DNA of 64,000 nucleotides from Candidatus Woesearchaeota archaeon (GTDB taxonomy: Archaea > Nanobdellota > Nanobdellia > Woesearchaeales > SM23-78): NCBI GenBank assembly GCA_019322375.1, contig JAHWIP010000003.1, forward strand, positions 6,792 to 70,791, read 5' to 3'. Numbering within the stretch: the first letter of the stretch is position 1; each line of letters begins with the position of its first letter. This document shows positions 1 through 9,845 of the stretch, in pieces. Under the pieces are notes generated by a model. The model had not been told where the DNA came from. It was given only the letters and a program-made list of their open reading frames with translations, and ran no database searches. A program made the position numbers and the translations under genes.

Positions 1-25
1 GGATAGAGCTAAACAGGATAAGAAA

Positions 26-1891
26 TTGGATCTTATAAAAATATATGCCATAGGGGAGGACCTCCCTTTTTCATTCTCAGTCCCTGCGATAGATAGAAAA
101 CTTAAATTTGTAGAGTTCCCTTACACCAGCAAAGGGGTATTCGGAGTGTCTCTCTCGTTTCTATTTATCTTTGGCTTTTTCACTCTGATCTCGCTCATAA
201 TAAAGTTATCATCTTTTTTTATTTATTCATTTTTTTTCATAGGACTTATCCTGGTCCTTATCTCTTACATGTATCCTGTTCACATATTCTACACCCAGAG
301 AATGATGAGTTATAGAGAAGAGATGCTTAAATCAATTATGAGAATAGCAACCTTTATCTCAATGAACACCAGCATGGAATATGCAATTATTAATACAAGG
401 CGGCATTTGTGGGGCACTCTGAAAACCCAGTTCACAGATATAGTGAACAAACTCCAAAGAAGAGACTACAACACACTGGGTGATGCTTTTGAACACTACA
501 CTCCCATATGGAACGAGGTTAACCCTGATTTTGTAAAATCCCTTAGATTGATAGAGACCGCAGCCATGTCAAAAGAAGAGGACAGGATGAAAATCCTGGA
601 TGAAGTTCAGGAAACATTAATCATAAGCTATCACACAATGGGCAAGCGGTTTGCAGAAGACCTGTCATCAAAAGCAAAATCATTAGTAACCATAGGAGTT
701 CTTTTTCCTGTAATCTCTTTAATGCTTCTTCCATTAGTATCAGTGTTTCTTCCAGAAGTGGTCAGCACTCCCTTGGTAACCTTCTTCTATACTATCCTGT
801 TTCCTGTGTTGCTCTTGGTCATGGCTCTTAATTTTTCAGCTTTGAGAATACAAGTAGATACTATTCGTATATCAGACTCTCCCTTATACAAGAAACCTTC
901 TGCATGGCTGCTTCTTATAGGAGCAATAATAATCCTTGTTTTTTCAGCACCCACAATAGCCCACCTGCTAACAATTGACATGGCAATACCTGAGAGTGTT
1001 GAGAATGAATACAAATTTGTCTCAATAATTATTTGCCTGCTTTTAGGACTTGGAGTTGCCTTGGCAATTTTTGTTCTAAGCCAGATATATGTAAGGAAAT
1101 ATCATAAGCTATGGAAAGACGTGGATATGACCGAGAGAGACCTGCCTCATCTGTTACAATCCTTTTCAACCTATCTGACCCTGAACCGGTCTGTTGAGAG
1201 CATAATATCTGATATTGTTGATGATTACAAGATTCATGGGTTTTCAAAACACCCTGTTGTAAAATTTTTCTCAAATATTATTCTCCAGTTAAAAGTAAGC
1301 AAAAAGTCAGTTGCAAATCTTGCCAAGACTCTTTTACCCAAGATTTGCCCTTCAAGAAAAGTGAGCGGAACCCTGTCCCAGATAATCTCTTTCACAGACA
1401 TTTCCCAGGAGAGCGCTGCAAAAGCTGCCAAGATGATAAGAAAACAAACCATATCCATTTATCAGCTGGATGATTACATACAAACCATGCTGAGTGAGAC
1501 CATTTCCTTAATCAACATCACAGTATCCCTGCTTGCACCCATATTATGTGCAGCTGCTGTGCTAATGTCAATGGCAATTGTGAAGTCCCTGGTATTTGTA
1601 GAGAAAATACTCTCAGCCCTGGCCTTTGGAGCCAAGATAGATCTGGCCCTGGCAAAAGTGGAATTAATCATTCCCCCAACCATAATCGAAGTTGTAGTGG
1701 CAATCTACCTCTTGGAAATGATACTGGTGCTTTCCTTATTCTCATCAAACATAAAGTATGGTCATGACATGTTTCAATTTGTTAAAACCCTGCTCTCAAA
1801 CCTGATGGGCTTTCTTATCTTTGTGGTAATCCTGGTCCTGGGTTACTACTTTCTTGAAACCCTGGTGTTTGGCGAAATCTTTGCTACGTAG
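26..1891 (+). CDS. Type IV pilus/archaellum-type assembly platform membrane protein (TadC/FlaJ/PilC family, two T2SS-F-like repeats); N-terminus may extend upstream of window
   Basis: 621 aa polytopic membrane protein with two repeated cytoplasmic helical modules each followed by TM segments (GDAFEHY..LRLIETAAMS..ILDEVQETL then TM; second copy SKHPVVKFF..LAKTL..AAKMIRKQ then TM), architecture typical of T2SS-F/FlaJ; followed by many pilin-like genes. Confidence 0.55.
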   Translation: MDLIKIYAIGEDLPFSFSVPAIDRKLKFVEFPYTSKGVFGVSLSFLFIFGFFTLISLIIKLSSFFIYSFFFIGLILVLISYMYPVHIFYTQRMMSYREEMLKSIMRIATFISMNTSMEYAIINTRRHLWGTLKTQFTDIVNKLQRRDYNTLGDAFEHYTPIWNEVNPDFVKSLRLIETAAMSKEEDRMKILDEVQETLIISYHTMGKRFAEDLSSKAKSLVTIGVLFPVISLMLLPLVSVFLPEVVSTPLVTFFYTILFPVLLLVMALNFSALRIQVDTIRISDSPLYKKPSAWLLLIGAIIILVFSAPTIAHLLTIDMAIPESVENEYKFVSIIICLLLGLGVALAIFVLSQIYVRKYHKLWKDVDMTERDLPHLLQSFSTYLTLNRSVESIISDIVDDYKIHGFSKHPVVKFFSNIILQLKVSKKSVANLAKTLLPKICPSRKVSGTLSQIISFTDISQESAAKAAKMIRKQTISIYQLDDYIQTMLSETISLINITVSLLAPILCAAAVLMSMAIVKSLVFVEKILSALAFGAKIDLALAKVELIIPPTIIEVVVAIYLLEMILVLSLFSSNIKYGHDMFQFVKTLLSNLMGFLIFVVILVLGYYFLETLVFGEIFAT

Positions 1892-1894
1892 CGA

Positions 1895-2100
1895 TTAATG
1901 TGCATTTCTTCTGAGTTAGGGGTATCTATGTTGGAGCAAGGGTGGGTGAGGCCGATTCGCGAGGGCATCCCTTAGCTTAACAATCAGAGCGGAGTCGGGG
2001 GACGCCCCAGCCGGGGGAACGGAGCCCTAGGAAAAATAACTAGGCCCGAGCTGGCCCCACCCTTGCGAAGCAACGGCTTGGAGAAATCAGGGCTAATTAG
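1895..2100 (+). ncRNA. GC-rich ORF-free island, candidate structured ncRNA (SRP 7S RNA considered but not confirmed)
   Basis: About 60 percent GC in a one-third GC genome, between convergent genes; perfect 11-bp long-range pairing GCAAGGGTGGG(1938-1948)/CCCACCCTTGC(2059-2069) enclosing several local hairpins (CGGGGGACGCCCC, CCTAGGAAAAATAACTAGG); contains GAAGCAACGG reminiscent of SRP helix-8 3' strand but no GGAA tetraloop in expected place. Confidence 0.35.
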
Positions 2101-2161
2101 CTAAAAATTTATTTTATCTATACAGAATAATAAACAAAATATTTTTCTTTGATAATTCCAT

Positions 2162-2782
2162 TCATATTGTTTTTACAAGGTAGTCTTGCATTATTGTTTC
2201 TCCAGTATTGCCAACTAAGAAATTTTTTGGTAATCCACATCCACCGCCTTTTGCAAACTCTCCAGAATTCGGGTCAAACTCAACCAGATAACAATAATTT
2301 CTTCCAATTACTGGCACCATGTAGTACCATGGCTCTGTTCCACCATTATTTTTTATACCGAATTTAAGGATTGGCTCCTTAATTTCTTCAACTTCTTTAT
2401 CTATATTATCCCTTCCTAGAAGAATCACATTTCCTTGCACAATATCTCCTGCTTTTATCTTTAAATCTTGAAGTCCTTCTTCAGTTAAACCAGTCTCAGT
2501 TTCTATAGGCAGTATATTCTGATTTATTGTTTCTTCAACTTCATTTTTAGAAAGAACAGTTCCTATCTCATACCTACCACCTTCTACACGATTTTTTCCA
2601 ACCACCAGGTAATACCTATCCTGTCCATTTACATCAATTTTAAATAACCAACCACTTAAATACGAATAAGGCCCTTGTGGTATCTGGGTACTTAAAAGAG
2701 AGGAACTTGAAAGAAGGTACAATCCAATGATAGCACAAATCACTATTTCAATTCCAATTATTATCTTATGTGAAGTCTTCAT
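2162..2782 (-). CDS. Hypothetical secreted/membrane-anchored protein
   Basis: 206 aa ORF with N-terminal hydrophobic anchor (IIIGIEIVICAIIGLYLL), no recognisable catalytic motif. Confidence 0.4.
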   Translation of the reverse strand: MKTSHKIIIGIEIVICAIIGLYLLSSSSLLSTQIPQGPYSYLSGWLFKIDVNGQDRYYLVVGKNRVEGGRYEIGTVLSKNEVEETINQNILPIETETGLTEEGLQDLKIKAGDIVQGNVILLGRDNIDKEVEEIKEPILKFGIKNNGGTEPWYYMVPVIGRNYCYLVEFDPNSGEFAKGGGCGLPKNFLVGNTGETIMQDYLVKTI

Positions 2783-2922
2783 ATCTATTCTAATTTTACT
2801 GTTATCTCTATAAAAAACTTTTGTTTAAATTAGAATTATCCTGTGAACCAGCTTTGACTGGATTTATTTCTCAAGCCTCCTAAGCACAAAAGTTATAAAG
2901 GATAAAGCCAGAAATCTAGTGT

Positions 2923-3018
2923 ATGAATCGTACTTTGATTGAGATTATTGGCCTGGTGATAGCTGTGATTGCTATTGGCTTTGCTATTTACAAGGTTATC
3001 CAGGTGCTGGGTGGTTGA
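2923..3018 (+). CDS. Small hydrophobic peptide (31 aa), possible Flp-like mini-pilin or membrane peptide
   Basis: ATG..TGA ORF MNRTLIEIIGLVIAVIAIGFAIYKVIQVLGG ending exactly where next gene starts (tgaATG), below ORF-track size cutoff. Confidence 0.25.
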   Translation: MNRTLIEIIGLVIAVIAIGFAIYKVIQVLGG

Positions 3019-3441
3019 ATGGAAACTGTTGAAATCATTGTGTTCATAGTATTTGCTTTTATGGTTGGCTTTTTAATACTGGGTGTTGTTACTGGCTGGG
3101 ATTTTGGAAAGTATAATGAGGGCTTGAAAAAAGTCTTTTCAGGTGGAGAAGGCGGGGATTTTAAGAAAACCAGTAAAGAAGAATTTGCAGCAGAGGTTTA
3201 TTCTTTTTTTCAGGAATGCAAGGATAAAGGAACCAATATATCCACTTCGTTTTATTTAAAAGAAGAAGGCTCTTTTTCAAAGCAGGAATTATTCCAGGTG
3301 TACAAGGGTTTTGGCTGGTGCAAGTCAATCCAGTCCTTGGAGAATGAGTGCGGCCAGAGAGAGGATGTGACTATGCAGGACCTCCAGCTGCCCAGAGTTG
3401 TGCGTCTGGAATGCAGAGACGAGCACTTAACCATATCTTAG
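3019..3441 (+). CDS. N-terminally anchored small secreted protein (pilin-like/minor pilin candidate)
   Basis: 140 aa; short N-terminus then hydrophobic helix (IIVFIVFAFMVGFLILGVV), several Cys in C-terminal part; first of tandem array downstream of TadC/FlaJ. Confidence 0.4.
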   Translation: METVEIIVFIVFAFMVGFLILGVVTGWDFGKYNEGLKKVFSGGEGGDFKKTSKEEFAAEVYSFFQECKDKGTNISTSFYLKEEGSFSKQELFQVYKGFGWCKSIQSLENECGQREDVTMQDLQLPRVVRLECRDEHLTIS

Positions 3442-3480
3442 TCCATATTGGAATGAAATGTAGAGAGGAATTAAGATAAA

Positions 3481-3891
3481 ATGCAGGTAGCAGAAATTAT
3501 GATTTATGTGATAGTAGCCATTCTTGTCGGCTCTTTAATACTCCTGGCTATGAGGATTGATTATTCAAAGCAGCATTCTGGTTATCAAGAAGCTTTTGCT
3601 AATGAAGAAAAGCCTGTTTTTAAAGTAGAGTCAAAGGATTTTCCTTTGGAAGTTGCTAAGAGATGGGAGGAGTGCGGCTTGGGCACCATGAACAAGTCTT
3701 CTTCTGTTTATGTTCATGATGATGCTCTTATTAATGAGAGTTTTGTGATTACAGAACTAAAAAGGCTTGATAAATGCGATATTATTGATTGTTATAATAC
3801 AGAAAACAGATTTATACTCACAAACTTTCCTATAACCACACCAAAAATTATAAATATCCGTTGTTTTAATAATACTTTAATAATAGGATAG
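3481..3891 (+). CDS. N-terminally anchored small secreted protein (pilin-like)
   Basis: 136 aa; MQVAEIMIYVIVAILVGSLILLAM N-terminal helix; Cys pairs in C-terminus. Confidence 0.4.
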   Translation: MQVAEIMIYVIVAILVGSLILLAMRIDYSKQHSGYQEAFANEEKPVFKVESKDFPLEVAKRWEECGLGTMNKSSSVYVHDDALINESFVITELKRLDKCDIIDCYNTENRFILTNFPITTPKIINIRCFNNTLIIG

Positions 3892-3901
3892 GAACTTTCA
3901 A

Positions 3902-4327
3902 ATGGAACTACCAATAAGAATAATGATAATATTGTTTGTTGCAATTGTTGTAGGTGTGATGATAATAGCTTTTTCAAGAAATATCCTGGAAAGGTCCAAG
4001 GAAAAATTGGACAATCCTCCTGGCTTGGATTTATCAGATGCTGAGGAGCAAAAGATTGTTGAATTAAACAATCTGGATAATTCGCAGTTAATAGAGATGG
4101 TAAGGGCTTGTTATGAGATGCATCATGCAAAGACTTTTAACAGAGAGCTCTGCTTTGTGGTGATAGCCAGCACTTCTTCATGGACCCAGGGTGGTGTGCA
4201 AGGCTATTTTCAGCAGCCAGACAACCTGATTAGTGCCAGTATTGAGTTTGTAGGAAACCCGGATTATGCATTAAAAATATACTATGAAGCCTCTCCTGAT
4301 ATTGAGCAAATCGAGATTTCAAGATAA
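3902..4327 (+). CDS. N-terminally anchored small secreted protein (pilin-like)
   Basis: 141 aa; MELPIRIMIILFVAIVVGVMIIAF N-terminal helix. Confidence 0.4.
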   Translation: MELPIRIMIILFVAIVVGVMIIAFSRNILERSKEKLDNPPGLDLSDAEEQKIVELNNLDNSQLIEMVRACYEMHHAKTFNRELCFVVIASTSSWTQGGVQGYFQQPDNLISASIEFVGNPDYALKIYYEASPDIEQIEISR

Positions 4328-4440
4328 ATAATAGATAAAAATATATAAAAAACAGATAAAAATAACAAACTATATTAATAAGGATTATAATAAACTAATA
4401 ATATATAAGAATAATACATAATAAAAGAAGAGGTGATAAA

Positions 4441-5037
4441 ATGACATTAAAGGTTTCTAGAGGAAAAAAAGGCACAGACAAGCCAATTGAAATCTTTATT
4501 GCTTTATTCGTAATACTGGCAGTGGCAATGGTGCTGTTAAAGATGTTCTCCAGCCAGATAGAGTCTAAGAAGAGAGAAATGGAGGAACAACAGCTACAAG
4601 AGGCTGCAAGAGCAGCCATGGAAGACCTTAACACGTTCTGTGATTCTCAGTGCACGCATGCACACCGTTCATTAAAGGACAAAGTAACTTTTTGCACAAG
4701 CTACTATCGAGAGCACGTTGATATAAATAAAAACAATGTTGTTGATTACACAATGGCATTGGATAATATATACGGCTATTGCGAGGATAGGATTTACTGC
4801 GCTGTTTACAGGCCCTGCAGCAATCTTAACATGGAAAATTGCATTGAAATTCTATGTGATTATTTGGGTGTCAATGCTAATTTAAGAGTCTTTGACATAC
4901 AATACGGCCTTATACTGCCAGGAGATTGTTATGACGCAATAAGAACCTCTGCTGACCAGGATGACATTTTTAAAAAGGCAAATCACTGGTATACAAGCTT
5001 GCTGTCTTCATTTGGCGATCCACCAACCTGCCCTTAA
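4441..5037 (+). CDS. Pilin-like Cys-rich secreted protein
   Basis: 198 aa; basic N-term RGKKGTDKPIEIFIALFVILAVAMVLL (class III signal-peptide-like), about 10 Cys in extracellular part; SD-like GAGGTGA 8 nt upstream. Confidence 0.45.
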   Translation: MTLKVSRGKKGTDKPIEIFIALFVILAVAMVLLKMFSSQIESKKREMEEQQLQEAARAAMEDLNTFCDSQCTHAHRSLKDKVTFCTSYYREHVDINKNNVVDYTMALDNIYGYCEDRIYCAVYRPCSNLNMENCIEILCDYLGVNANLRVFDIQYGLILPGDCYDAIRTSADQDDIFKKANHWYTSLLSSFGDPPTCP

Positions 5038-5086
5038 TCATTATAATAAAGCAAGAAAAAAGCTATCTGTAGGAGCATGACTCAAG

Positions 5087-5353
5087 ATGGACCAGGCAGT
5101 TTGGGCAGTTTTTGGTATTATAGCAGTTCTTATTGGAATCGGGATTTTATTAAATGTGCTTGGAGAGAACAAGGATGAATCAAAGTATATTCTTTTTAAA
5201 CAATCCTTAGACTCACTAAAGAACCAGTGCGATTTTGTGTGCAACTCGCCTGCAGAAACTTATTTATCAATAATGGTTGAGCTGCCTTCTGGCATGCGCC
5301 TCTACACAGACCAGAACAGGATTTGCGCTCATCTGAATATTTATAAAAAATAA
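5087..5353 (+). CDS. Small pilin-like protein
   Basis: 88 aa; N-terminal hydrophobic helix AVFGIIAVLIGIGILL, 4 Cys. Confidence 0.35.
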   Translation: MDQAVWAVFGIIAVLIGIGILLNVLGENKDESKYILFKQSLDSLKNQCDFVCNSPAETYLSIMVELPSGMRLYTDQNRICAHLNIYKK

Positions 5354-5471
5354 TCTGATGAAACCAAGTGCGTGTTATGCAGTTGCCAGGTTGTAGTAAA
5401 AAACAATGAACTCAATCTCCAAACCCCGGCTGCTCTGAAAGCTTTTTCTTCTCATAAATATTCTTGCTTTT

Positions 5472-6119
5472 TTGAAAGAAAAGAAAATGAGATTGAAATC
5501 GAATGTAAGGGCTGATATCCTTGCTAATACTGTTTTATGGTTTGGAATCCTTATAGCAGCCATGATTTGCATGGCATGGCTAGTCAAGAATCTTCGCTCG
5601 CCTTATCTTCCAACAAAAGAACTGGATAATGAGCTTGACCAGTTGCAGCTGGATTTAAACAAGGCCTGCACAATGGATTATTTTTGGAAAAGATACTATC
5701 CCAAGGTTAACAAGGGCAAGCTGATATTCAATGACTTCCAGGTGTGCATGAATGCAGGAGAATGCAAAGTGCTTTTTTTTAAGCCAACCATGCCCAATGC
5801 ATCAGGGCACTTACTTGAAGGAAAAGATATCCTTCTGCCCAATGCAACAGAATGCGAGAATATTGAGCTTTGCCAAGCACTTTTTTTTACATCAGACAAT
5901 GAACCCCCTCTTATTGATTATATTGATGATGCTCAGGGCAGCAGGATAAGGATTAATAATGCTAATGTTTGTGAGCTTAAACCAAAACCAATAACAAGAT
6001 GCAGGCTGCTTACATGTTCATTAAATATAACAGAACATTTTTCCCTGGATAAAATTGTTTACCTTAACATAACAAGAGATAAAAGTGGTGTTTTCAGTGT
6101 TCAGCCAAAAGAATCCTAA
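5472..6119 (+). CDS. Pilin-like Cys-rich secreted protein
   Basis: 215 aa; basic N-term then TM (VLWFGILIAAMICMAWL), about 10 Cys. Confidence 0.4.
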   Translation: MKEKKMRLKSNVRADILANTVLWFGILIAAMICMAWLVKNLRSPYLPTKELDNELDQLQLDLNKACTMDYFWKRYYPKVNKGKLIFNDFQVCMNAGECKVLFFKPTMPNASGHLLEGKDILLPNATECENIELCQALFFTSDNEPPLIDYIDDAQGSRIRINNANVCELKPKPITRCRLLTCSLNITEHFSLDKIVYLNITRDKSGVFSVQPKES

Positions 6120-6147
6120 GCAGAATAAGTCTGGAAAGAAAAAGCCT

Positions 6148-6597
6148 ATGCAAAAAAAATCCAGGCAAAACAAGGGCATATATTCCTTAGCCACTTCCTT
6201 CTTATTTATTATCATATTAATATTTGTGGTCATAGCTGTGGTTTTCTTTTTTAACCTGTTAAAAGCCAAGAGAATGCAGGCAAGTGATGAGCTAGTAAAA
6301 TATGTGCATATAAGGGATGCTAAGAACAAGATTCTTTCATCTGAGTGCTATACGCATATTATAGAAGAAGCAGATGCTGAGCAGGAGTGCTTTCTGCCTG
6401 AAGGCTTTATCAAGGGATATGTTATTGAGATGCTGGTTTATCCTAACTGCACAACCCAGCACAAGACATGGGAGCATATGCTTGTTGAAGATGAAGCAGG
6501 GGCTGGTGAAGAAGGAGAAATTTATCCTTACTTTGTGCCTGTTCAAGCCAATACCACAGGCAATATTTGCCCTGGAAAACTAAAGGTGATATATTAA
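6148..6597 (+). CDS. Pilin-like secreted protein
   Basis: Internal ATG chosen (MQKKSRQNKGIYSLATSFLFIIILIFVVIAVVFFF) giving basic N-term + G + hydrophobic helix; ORF-track start 6085 overlaps previous gene. Confidence 0.4.
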   Translation: MQKKSRQNKGIYSLATSFLFIIILIFVVIAVVFFFNLLKAKRMQASDELVKYVHIRDAKNKILSSECYTHIIEEADAEQECFLPEGFIKGYVIEMLVYPNCTTQHKTWEHMLVEDEAGAGEEGEIYPYFVPVQANTTGNICPGKLKVIY

Positions 6598-6628
6598 AAG
6601 ACAGTATATTAAAAGGTGGTTCACTAAA

Positions 6629-8074
6629 ATGGGAGTTGTTGACAATATAATGGGAGCGGTTCTTGTTGTCCTTATACTATTGATTGCTGGCATTATTTAT
6701 CTGTCCCTTTTTGCACGCGAAGCATCACAGGATATTAGTGTGACCAGCACTGCTTTTTTTAATGGTATAAACACAAATAATTTTAACACTGTTCTTAAAA
6801 TAACAGAGGAGAATTCCCAAAAATCTTTGGGTGTTTTAATTTCAGAAATAACTTATTACAGGTCTTTGCCTGCGCAGTCAGATGACGGACCTAATGTAAC
6901 AGGGACTTTAAAGGATTTGCTGGATACTGCTTTTTCCACTAATGATTATTATTTCAAAGCAGAACCAGAACTAACACAGATTAGTCTGAACTTTGTTTTT
7001 GACGGCACACCCAGCTCTATGCTTAAGAGAAATGTATTAGCAAACAATCTGGTGAATATAATAGACTTTACCCAGGAAAAAATGGATAATAAAAGCAGAA
7101 GCGAGGGGCGTATTCCAAAAAACTCGGTTACAGCAGATGTATACATCATGGGTCCAAGAGGTGACAAATGCAATATCTTTGATGATTTAAACAGGGTTGA
7201 TATAAACTGCCATGGCATTCGCAGCAATGAGATATATTTAAGCGAGGACATGATGCAAGGACTTTTTGTGCCTGGTTTTCTGCTTGACTATGAAATGTAT
7301 CCTCCTTTTGGTTTTGAATGGATTGAGGAGGATGCTAACAGAGAAGACTCATACGTGGCTAATGAAGAAGATTATTATCAAGCTGACTGGGGTTTTGGAA
7401 CAGCTTATGTATCGCATAAACTAAGCAGTGCAGCTTATAGGAATCGTTTAAACCTTATTTTTCCTGTGAGTGATGAACTATCCACCAGCTCTATACCTGA
7501 TGATTGTTTTTACAAGACATTTATTCCTGACTGGGTTGTGTGCGCTCTTTGCGAGGATGAATGCCCTGTTGAAAGAGCTAACATATCCATTAGCAAGGCA
7601 ATAGAAGTGGCAACAGATTATAATCATGTGCTCATACCTGTTTATGGTTATGGAGGTGATTATGAAATAACCCATCCCCAGATTTATGATTGGAATGGCC
7701 TTGCAGGCACTTCAAGATATGTTGATGGTTTTGGAAGCCCTGGAAATACCTGGTGTGATGCTTCTGGGTGTGGTGGTTGTTCAGAACAACAAGGAGGCAT
7801 ATGCTTTCATCCTGATTGTGCAAGCATTCTGCAGGAGCACATGAACAGAATGGCTGATGAAACCAATGGAATATTCATTGACCTGACTGCTAGCCAGCAG
7901 GAATTTGCAGACACCATCTTTTCAACAATAAGCAATATCATGGACCAGTTCACAATAGAGATTGGGGTGAAAAATGAGAGCAGGGAAAGGGATGTGGTGG
8001 AAGTGAAACAGCCCCTGCCAGATGGAAATTCTCTTCCCTTGAAGTTATGGGTGTATAAGAATCAAAACATTTAA
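6629..8074 (+). CDS. Large pilin-like secreted protein (possible pilus tip/adhesin)
   Basis: 481 aa; N-terminal helix MGAVLVVLILLIAGIIYLSLF; Cys-rich C-terminal region. Confidence 0.4.
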   Translation: MGVVDNIMGAVLVVLILLIAGIIYLSLFAREASQDISVTSTAFFNGINTNNFNTVLKITEENSQKSLGVLISEITYYRSLPAQSDDGPNVTGTLKDLLDTAFSTNDYYFKAEPELTQISLNFVFDGTPSSMLKRNVLANNLVNIIDFTQEKMDNKSRSEGRIPKNSVTADVYIMGPRGDKCNIFDDLNRVDINCHGIRSNEIYLSEDMMQGLFVPGFLLDYEMYPPFGFEWIEEDANREDSYVANEEDYYQADWGFGTAYVSHKLSSAAYRNRLNLIFPVSDELSTSSIPDDCFYKTFIPDWVVCALCEDECPVERANISISKAIEVATDYNHVLIPVYGYGGDYEITHPQIYDWNGLAGTSRYVDGFGSPGNTWCDASGCGGCSEQQGGICFHPDCASILQEHMNRMADETNGIFIDLTASQQEFADTIFSTISNIMDQFTIEIGVKNESRERDVVEVKQPLPDGNSLPLKLWVYKNQNI

Positions 8075-8127
8075 ATCAGAATAAATTAAATATATAGAAA
8101 GAAATAATATATAACGAGGTTGGTACT

Positions 8128-9744
8128 ATGAAACTTGATAAAAAAGCATTTGGTAAAAAAGCAAATGTACTTGCTGCTGTTTTAGTAATAATAGTTGTTG
8201 TTGCAGGAACTGTTGTGTTCTCTAATATTGTTGTTAAGAAGTACCCGACAGAAGATTCTCAGGAAAACTTTAACACCCAGGCAGATGCTACTCTTAGGGA
8301 AGCTATTTTCTCAGGCATTGCTGACTGGCTTGAGAACGGGTTTTCGCACAGAACTCCTTTCTGGTATAACAATGAGCCCCGTCCTGTTTCTTTTTCAGAA
8401 GCCCTGGATGCTCTGTACTACTATGTGAATAACAGTGTGAGCAAGAATGCAGATTTATTAACTGATGATGAATCTGATTTCTATGTGGCTCCAGGCGTGC
8501 GCGTGGTGTTTGATATACATAACTCTTTTGACCCTGAATCCCTGGACGGCTCTTTAGAGGATTTTGAGGTTGGCATACAAAAAGAGGATTTAGAGCAATT
8601 ACAAGACCTTTCATCTGAGTTTTCTTATCCTGTAAAAGCAGGCTTGTTCTTCACCACCTTTAACACTTGGATGGAGAGCAATGCTGATAATGTTACCCAG
8701 AACATGTTTGACAAGCTCCTGGAAAAACCATGCCAGTTAGTGACAGGGGTGTGCCTGTGTGATGAGCCTGGAGCAGAGTTTGACCCAGATGCTATAGATA
8801 ATATAAAGCTCAAGTACAGTGATGTTCAGGATGTGCTTGATGAAAGAGTGCAGGCCTTGGAAGATTTGTTTCCTGCTGACGAAAACATTGAGTGCGGATA
8901 CATAGTTGAGAAGCTGAACATAAACAATCATATGTATTCTGACTGGAGCAGAGAAGAAATCGGGCCTGAGCGTACTATAGAAGTTCCAGTGAGAGTAGAC
9001 CCTGATCCGTTTGGCTATGTTTTTAACTTTTTAGAATGGAATGAAACCACAACTTATCCTGAGGAAGAAGACTTGACTTATTTTAACCTAAGACCTCCTC
9101 TGCCTGTTGACACAGGAATACAAGGAGTTTATCCAGGCGATGCAGAGGTTATGAAGAGCTGTGAGGAAGCAATTGCAGACATCCCAGAAGACCCTGACAA
9201 GCCTGTAAAAGTTGGCATGCTTGCCATGAACAAAAAAGTTGCTTTGCTGGCAAAAATCTACTGTGCTCATCCAGAAATAAAAAAATATGGAGAAACAGGT
9301 TTTGAGCCTTTAACAGCAGAATTCAGAATAAGGGTATCCCTTGCTTTGGACTGTCCTTTGCCTAGCTATGATGTGGACAAGCATGTTGGTGAGCCAATAT
9401 ATCAGGAACCATTTATTAATTGCGAAATACCTCCGCCTCCTCTTCCTGAACCTGCTGAGATACCAGTTCCTTGCATGAGTCCTGAGGACTGCCCTGACCC
9501 ATGCGAGGAATGTAATTTAGCTACTGGCAGATGCGTGGATATTCCTAATTGCTGCTGCGGAGTAATTATGCCGTCTGGAATGAAGTGCTGTAGTTGTAAT
9601 AATATCTGCAGTGCTTGCTGTGGCAGGAATTGCCTGCCTGCTGGACGAGTGTGCTGCAAAGGCCAGGTGTGCGCATCAGGACAGATTTGCTGTGGCGGAG
9701 AGTTCTGCTCTTCAAGTGCTGCATGCAGTGCAGCAGTTAGCTAA
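8128..9744 (+). CDS. Large pilin-like secreted protein with extremely Cys-rich C-terminus
   Basis: 538 aa; MKLDKKAFGKKANVLAAVLVIIVVVAGTVVF class III-like N-term; C-terminal 90 aa contain more than 25 Cys (CCCGV..CCSCNNICSACCGRNC..). Confidence 0.45.
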   Translation: MKLDKKAFGKKANVLAAVLVIIVVVAGTVVFSNIVVKKYPTEDSQENFNTQADATLREAIFSGIADWLENGFSHRTPFWYNNEPRPVSFSEALDALYYYVNNSVSKNADLLTDDESDFYVAPGVRVVFDIHNSFDPESLDGSLEDFEVGIQKEDLEQLQDLSSEFSYPVKAGLFFTTFNTWMESNADNVTQNMFDKLLEKPCQLVTGVCLCDEPGAEFDPDAIDNIKLKYSDVQDVLDERVQALEDLFPADENIECGYIVEKLNINNHMYSDWSREEIGPERTIEVPVRVDPDPFGYVFNFLEWNETTTYPEEEDLTYFNLRPPLPVDTGIQGVYPGDAEVMKSCEEAIADIPEDPDKPVKVGMLAMNKKVALLAKIYCAHPEIKKYGETGFEPLTAEFRIRVSLALDCPLPSYDVDKHVGEPIYQEPFINCEIPPPPLPEPAEIPVPCMSPEDCPDPCEECNLATGRCVDIPNCCCGVIMPSGMKCCSCNNICSACCGRNCLPAGRVCCKGQVCASGQICCGGEFCSSSAACSAAVS

Positions 9745-9845
9745 GGATACCCCAAACTTTAAAAAGAGAAACCAAATCTTAATTTATATAAATATAAAAG
9801 GTGATTTATGTGGTAGTAGAATTTAGTGAATTCAAAGGCAATAAA

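Noticed and set aside
787-1767. Several 60-80-aa ORFs on both strands inside the 26-1891 gene
   Set aside because: Fully nested in a long, well-supported membrane-protein ORF. They are chance ORFs.
1895-2100. tRNA gene, or a confident SRP RNA call, in the GC island
   Set aside because: No cloverleaf could be built (no T-loop or anticodon-arm geometry on either strand). The SRP helix-8 consensus (GGAA tetraloop flanked by AGG and AGCA loops) is not present contiguously. It is reported only as an unclassified ncRNA candidate.
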